Virus record (IMG/VR): IMGVR_UViG_3300047994_000145
DNA from: a virus
Reading direction: 5' to 3' (one strand)
DNA: 52,695 bases
The notes under the pieces are model-generated. The model was not told the DNA's origin. It saw nothing but the letters and a program-made list of their open reading frames with translations, and did not search any database. The position numbers and the translations under genes were made by a program. This document shows, one piece after another, positions 51,481 through 52,695 of the stretch (position 1 is the first letter of the stretch; each line of letters starts with the position of its first letter).

Positions 51481-52695
51481 ATGAGCTTATATATAAGGTA
51501 CCCTTCAAATGGTGGCGGCTCTGGTGGAACAGTTACAAGTGTCGGTCTTGCTGATGGAAGTACAAAACCAATCTTTACAGTTTCAGGTTCACCGGTAACA
51601 GGATCTGGAACCTTAACCCTCACGTTACAAAATCAGAATGCAAACACAGTGTTTGCAGGTCCAGCAAGTGGAAGTGCTGCTCAGCCTACTTTCAGACCAT
51701 TAGTTGCTAATGATATTCCCAGTTTAAGTTATGTGTCATCTGTGACAGCATCAACTCCTTTGTTCTCTTCAGGAGGACTAAATCCTAACTTAACAATTCA
51801 AGTTGCTAACACTTCTCAGAGTGGGTATTTGTCTAGTACTGACTGGAACACTTTCAATAATAAACAAGCAAGTGGAAACTATATCACTGCCTTAACTGGT
51901 GATGCAACTGCTTCTGGACCAGGATCAGCAGCCTTAACACTAGCTACAGTCAATAGCAACATAGGCTCATTTGGCTCTAGCACTTCAATACCAAGTTTCA
52001 CAGTAAACGCTAAAGGTTTAATTACCGCTGCATCAGGAAATGCTGTAATAGCTCCGGCAAGTACATTATCAGGAACTACCCTAAACTCATCTGTGGTGTC
52101 ATCTTCTTTAACCTCCGTAGGAACCATCACATCCGGTACCTGGAATGGCACAACAATTGCTATAGCTAATGGTGGAACAGGTCAAACTTCTGCTAGCGCT
52201 GCTTTCAATGCCCTATCCCCTATAACAAGCACTGGTGATCTCATTGTCGGTAACGGTGTAAATAGTGCTACTCGATTGGGTATTGGATCTTCTAATCAAG
52301 TGCTAACTGTGTCAGGCGGGACAGCGGTATGGGCAAATCCTGCAACTAGTGGAACAGTCACCAGTGTTGCTCTTTCAGATTCTAGCACCTCACCTATCTA
52401 CACCGTCTCAGGATCACCTGTCACATCCTCAGGAACCTTAGCTCTAACGTTAAAAACTCAGAGTGCAAACACAGTGTTTGCAGGACCTTCATCAGGATCA
52501 GCAGCTCAGCCTACTTTCAGACCATTAGTTGCTAATGATATTCCCAGTTTAAGTTATGTGTCATCTGTGACAGCATCAACTCCTTTGTTCTCTTCAGGAG
52601 GACTAAATCCTAACTTAACAATTCAAGTTGCTAACACTTCTCAGAGTGGGTATTTGTCTAGTACTGACTGGAACACTTTCAATAATAAACAAGCA
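51481..52695 (+). CDS. Tail fibre protein, 5' part. It is open at the window end and continues at base 128 (equivalent to 2..1606). The full product is predicted to be 897 aa.
   Basis: ATG at 51481; 405 codons with no stop up to the window edge, by my own translation. Absent from the ORF track because it lacks a stop in the window. Confidence 0.85.
   Translation, partial: MSLYIRYPSNGGGSGGTVTSVGLADGSTKPIFTVSGSPVTGSGTLTLTLQNQNANTVFAGPASGSAAQPTFRPLVANDIPSLSYVSSVTASTPLFSSGGLNPNLTIQVANTSQSGYLSSTDWNTFNNKQASGNYITALTGDATASGPGSAALTLATVNSNIGSFGSSTSIPSFTVNAKGLITAASGNAVIAPASTLSGTTLNSSVVSSSLTSVGTITSGTWNGTTIAIANGGTGQTSASAAFNALSPITSTGDLIVGNGVNSATRLGIGSSNQVLTVSGGTAVWANPATSGTVTSVALSDSSTSPIYTVSGSPVTSSGTLALTLKTQSANTVFAGPSSGSAAQPTFRPLVANDIPSLSYVSSVTASTPLFSSGGLNPNLTIQVANTSQSGYLSSTDWNTFNNKQA
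51526..52695 (+). repeat. Tandem 825-nt (275-aa) fibre modules: A = 51526-52350; B = 52351-52695, continuing to about base 607 after the junction
   Basis: Landmarks recur at an 825-nt offset (ggaacagt 51526/52351; gacagcatca 51744/52569). One stretch of at least 190 nt is identical. Confidence 0.9.
52569..52695. repeat. Terminal overlap, identical to 1-127
   Basis: Direct comparison. Confidence 0.95.

Noticed and set aside
51526-52695. The repeated fibre segments as the template/variable repeats of a diversity-generating retroelement
   Set aside because: The genome has no reverse transcriptase gene. Differences between the copies are not adenine-specific, and the repeats are in-frame tandem modules.
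1-52695. Searches for tRNA or tmRNA genes, an integrase or repressor lysogeny module, and a toxin-antitoxin pair
   Set aside because: No tRNA-like T-arm or acceptor pattern was noticed by eye. No tyrosine or serine recombinase motifs, and no CI/Cro-like pair, were seen among the ORFs. Absence by eye is weak evidence and should be confirmed with tRNAscan-SE, ARAGORN and HMM searches.

Overview
The window is a complete, circularly closed dsDNA phage genome. The unique length is 52,568 bp: bases 1-127 are identical to 52569-52695, and one tail-fibre ORF reads in frame across that junction. GC content is about 40% and most genes have a strong Shine-Dalgarno sequence. I found no tRNA, CRISPR array, integrase, reverse transcriptase or single-subunit RNA polymerase, and no tape-measure or sheath genes, so the virion looks podovirus-like.

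Gene layout:
- 9.6-12.2 kb (+): small early genes, many of them tiny membrane peptides.
- 12.2-24.4 kb (+): recombination and replication. This block holds a RecA-like ATPase, Mre11/SbcD, Rad50/SbcC, an HNH endonuclease, a phosphoesterase, a lytic transglycosylase, an ImmA-like peptidase, a CYTH protein, a P-loop kinase, a primase-polymerase/helicase and a family A DNA polymerase.
- 24.4-27.3 kb (+): accessory genes, including an SbmA/BacA-like membrane protein and a GNAT-like protein.
- 27.3-35.3 kb (+): packaging and head genes (TerL, portal, scaffold, major capsid protein).
- 35.4-38.7 kb (+): an island of small genes with their own promoters (a 'moron' island).
- 38.8-52.7 kb, wrapping to 1-6.2 kb (+): tail, ejection-protein and fibre genes.
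- 6.2-8.95 kb (-): a cassette with a GH24 lysozyme and a membrane-anchored serine protease.

Main findings:
1. The major capsid gene appears to be split by a 637-nt group I intron carrying a GIY-YIG endonuclease ORF. An internal guide sequence pairs with all 11 nt of the predicted ligated-exon junction, counting the splice-site U-G wobble.
2. A roughly 320-nt GC-elevated, ORF-free, hairpin-rich island lies downstream of two tandem promoters. It is a candidate structured ncRNA or replication origin.
3. A 17-mer, AAAGACTAAATACCGTA, occurs three times exactly and once in degenerate form, each time at the head of a late structural block.
4. Eleven stereotyped TTGAC(T/A)-N17-TAnnn(T/A) promoters are present. 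Three of them place an ATG exactly 6 nt after the -10 box, implying leaderless mRNAs.
5. Several unusual accessory genes are present: the SbmA/BacA-like protein, the CYTH protein, the anchored protease, duplicated mini-peptide genes and a helicase stub.

All functional calls come from motifs read by eye. No database search or folding program was run.
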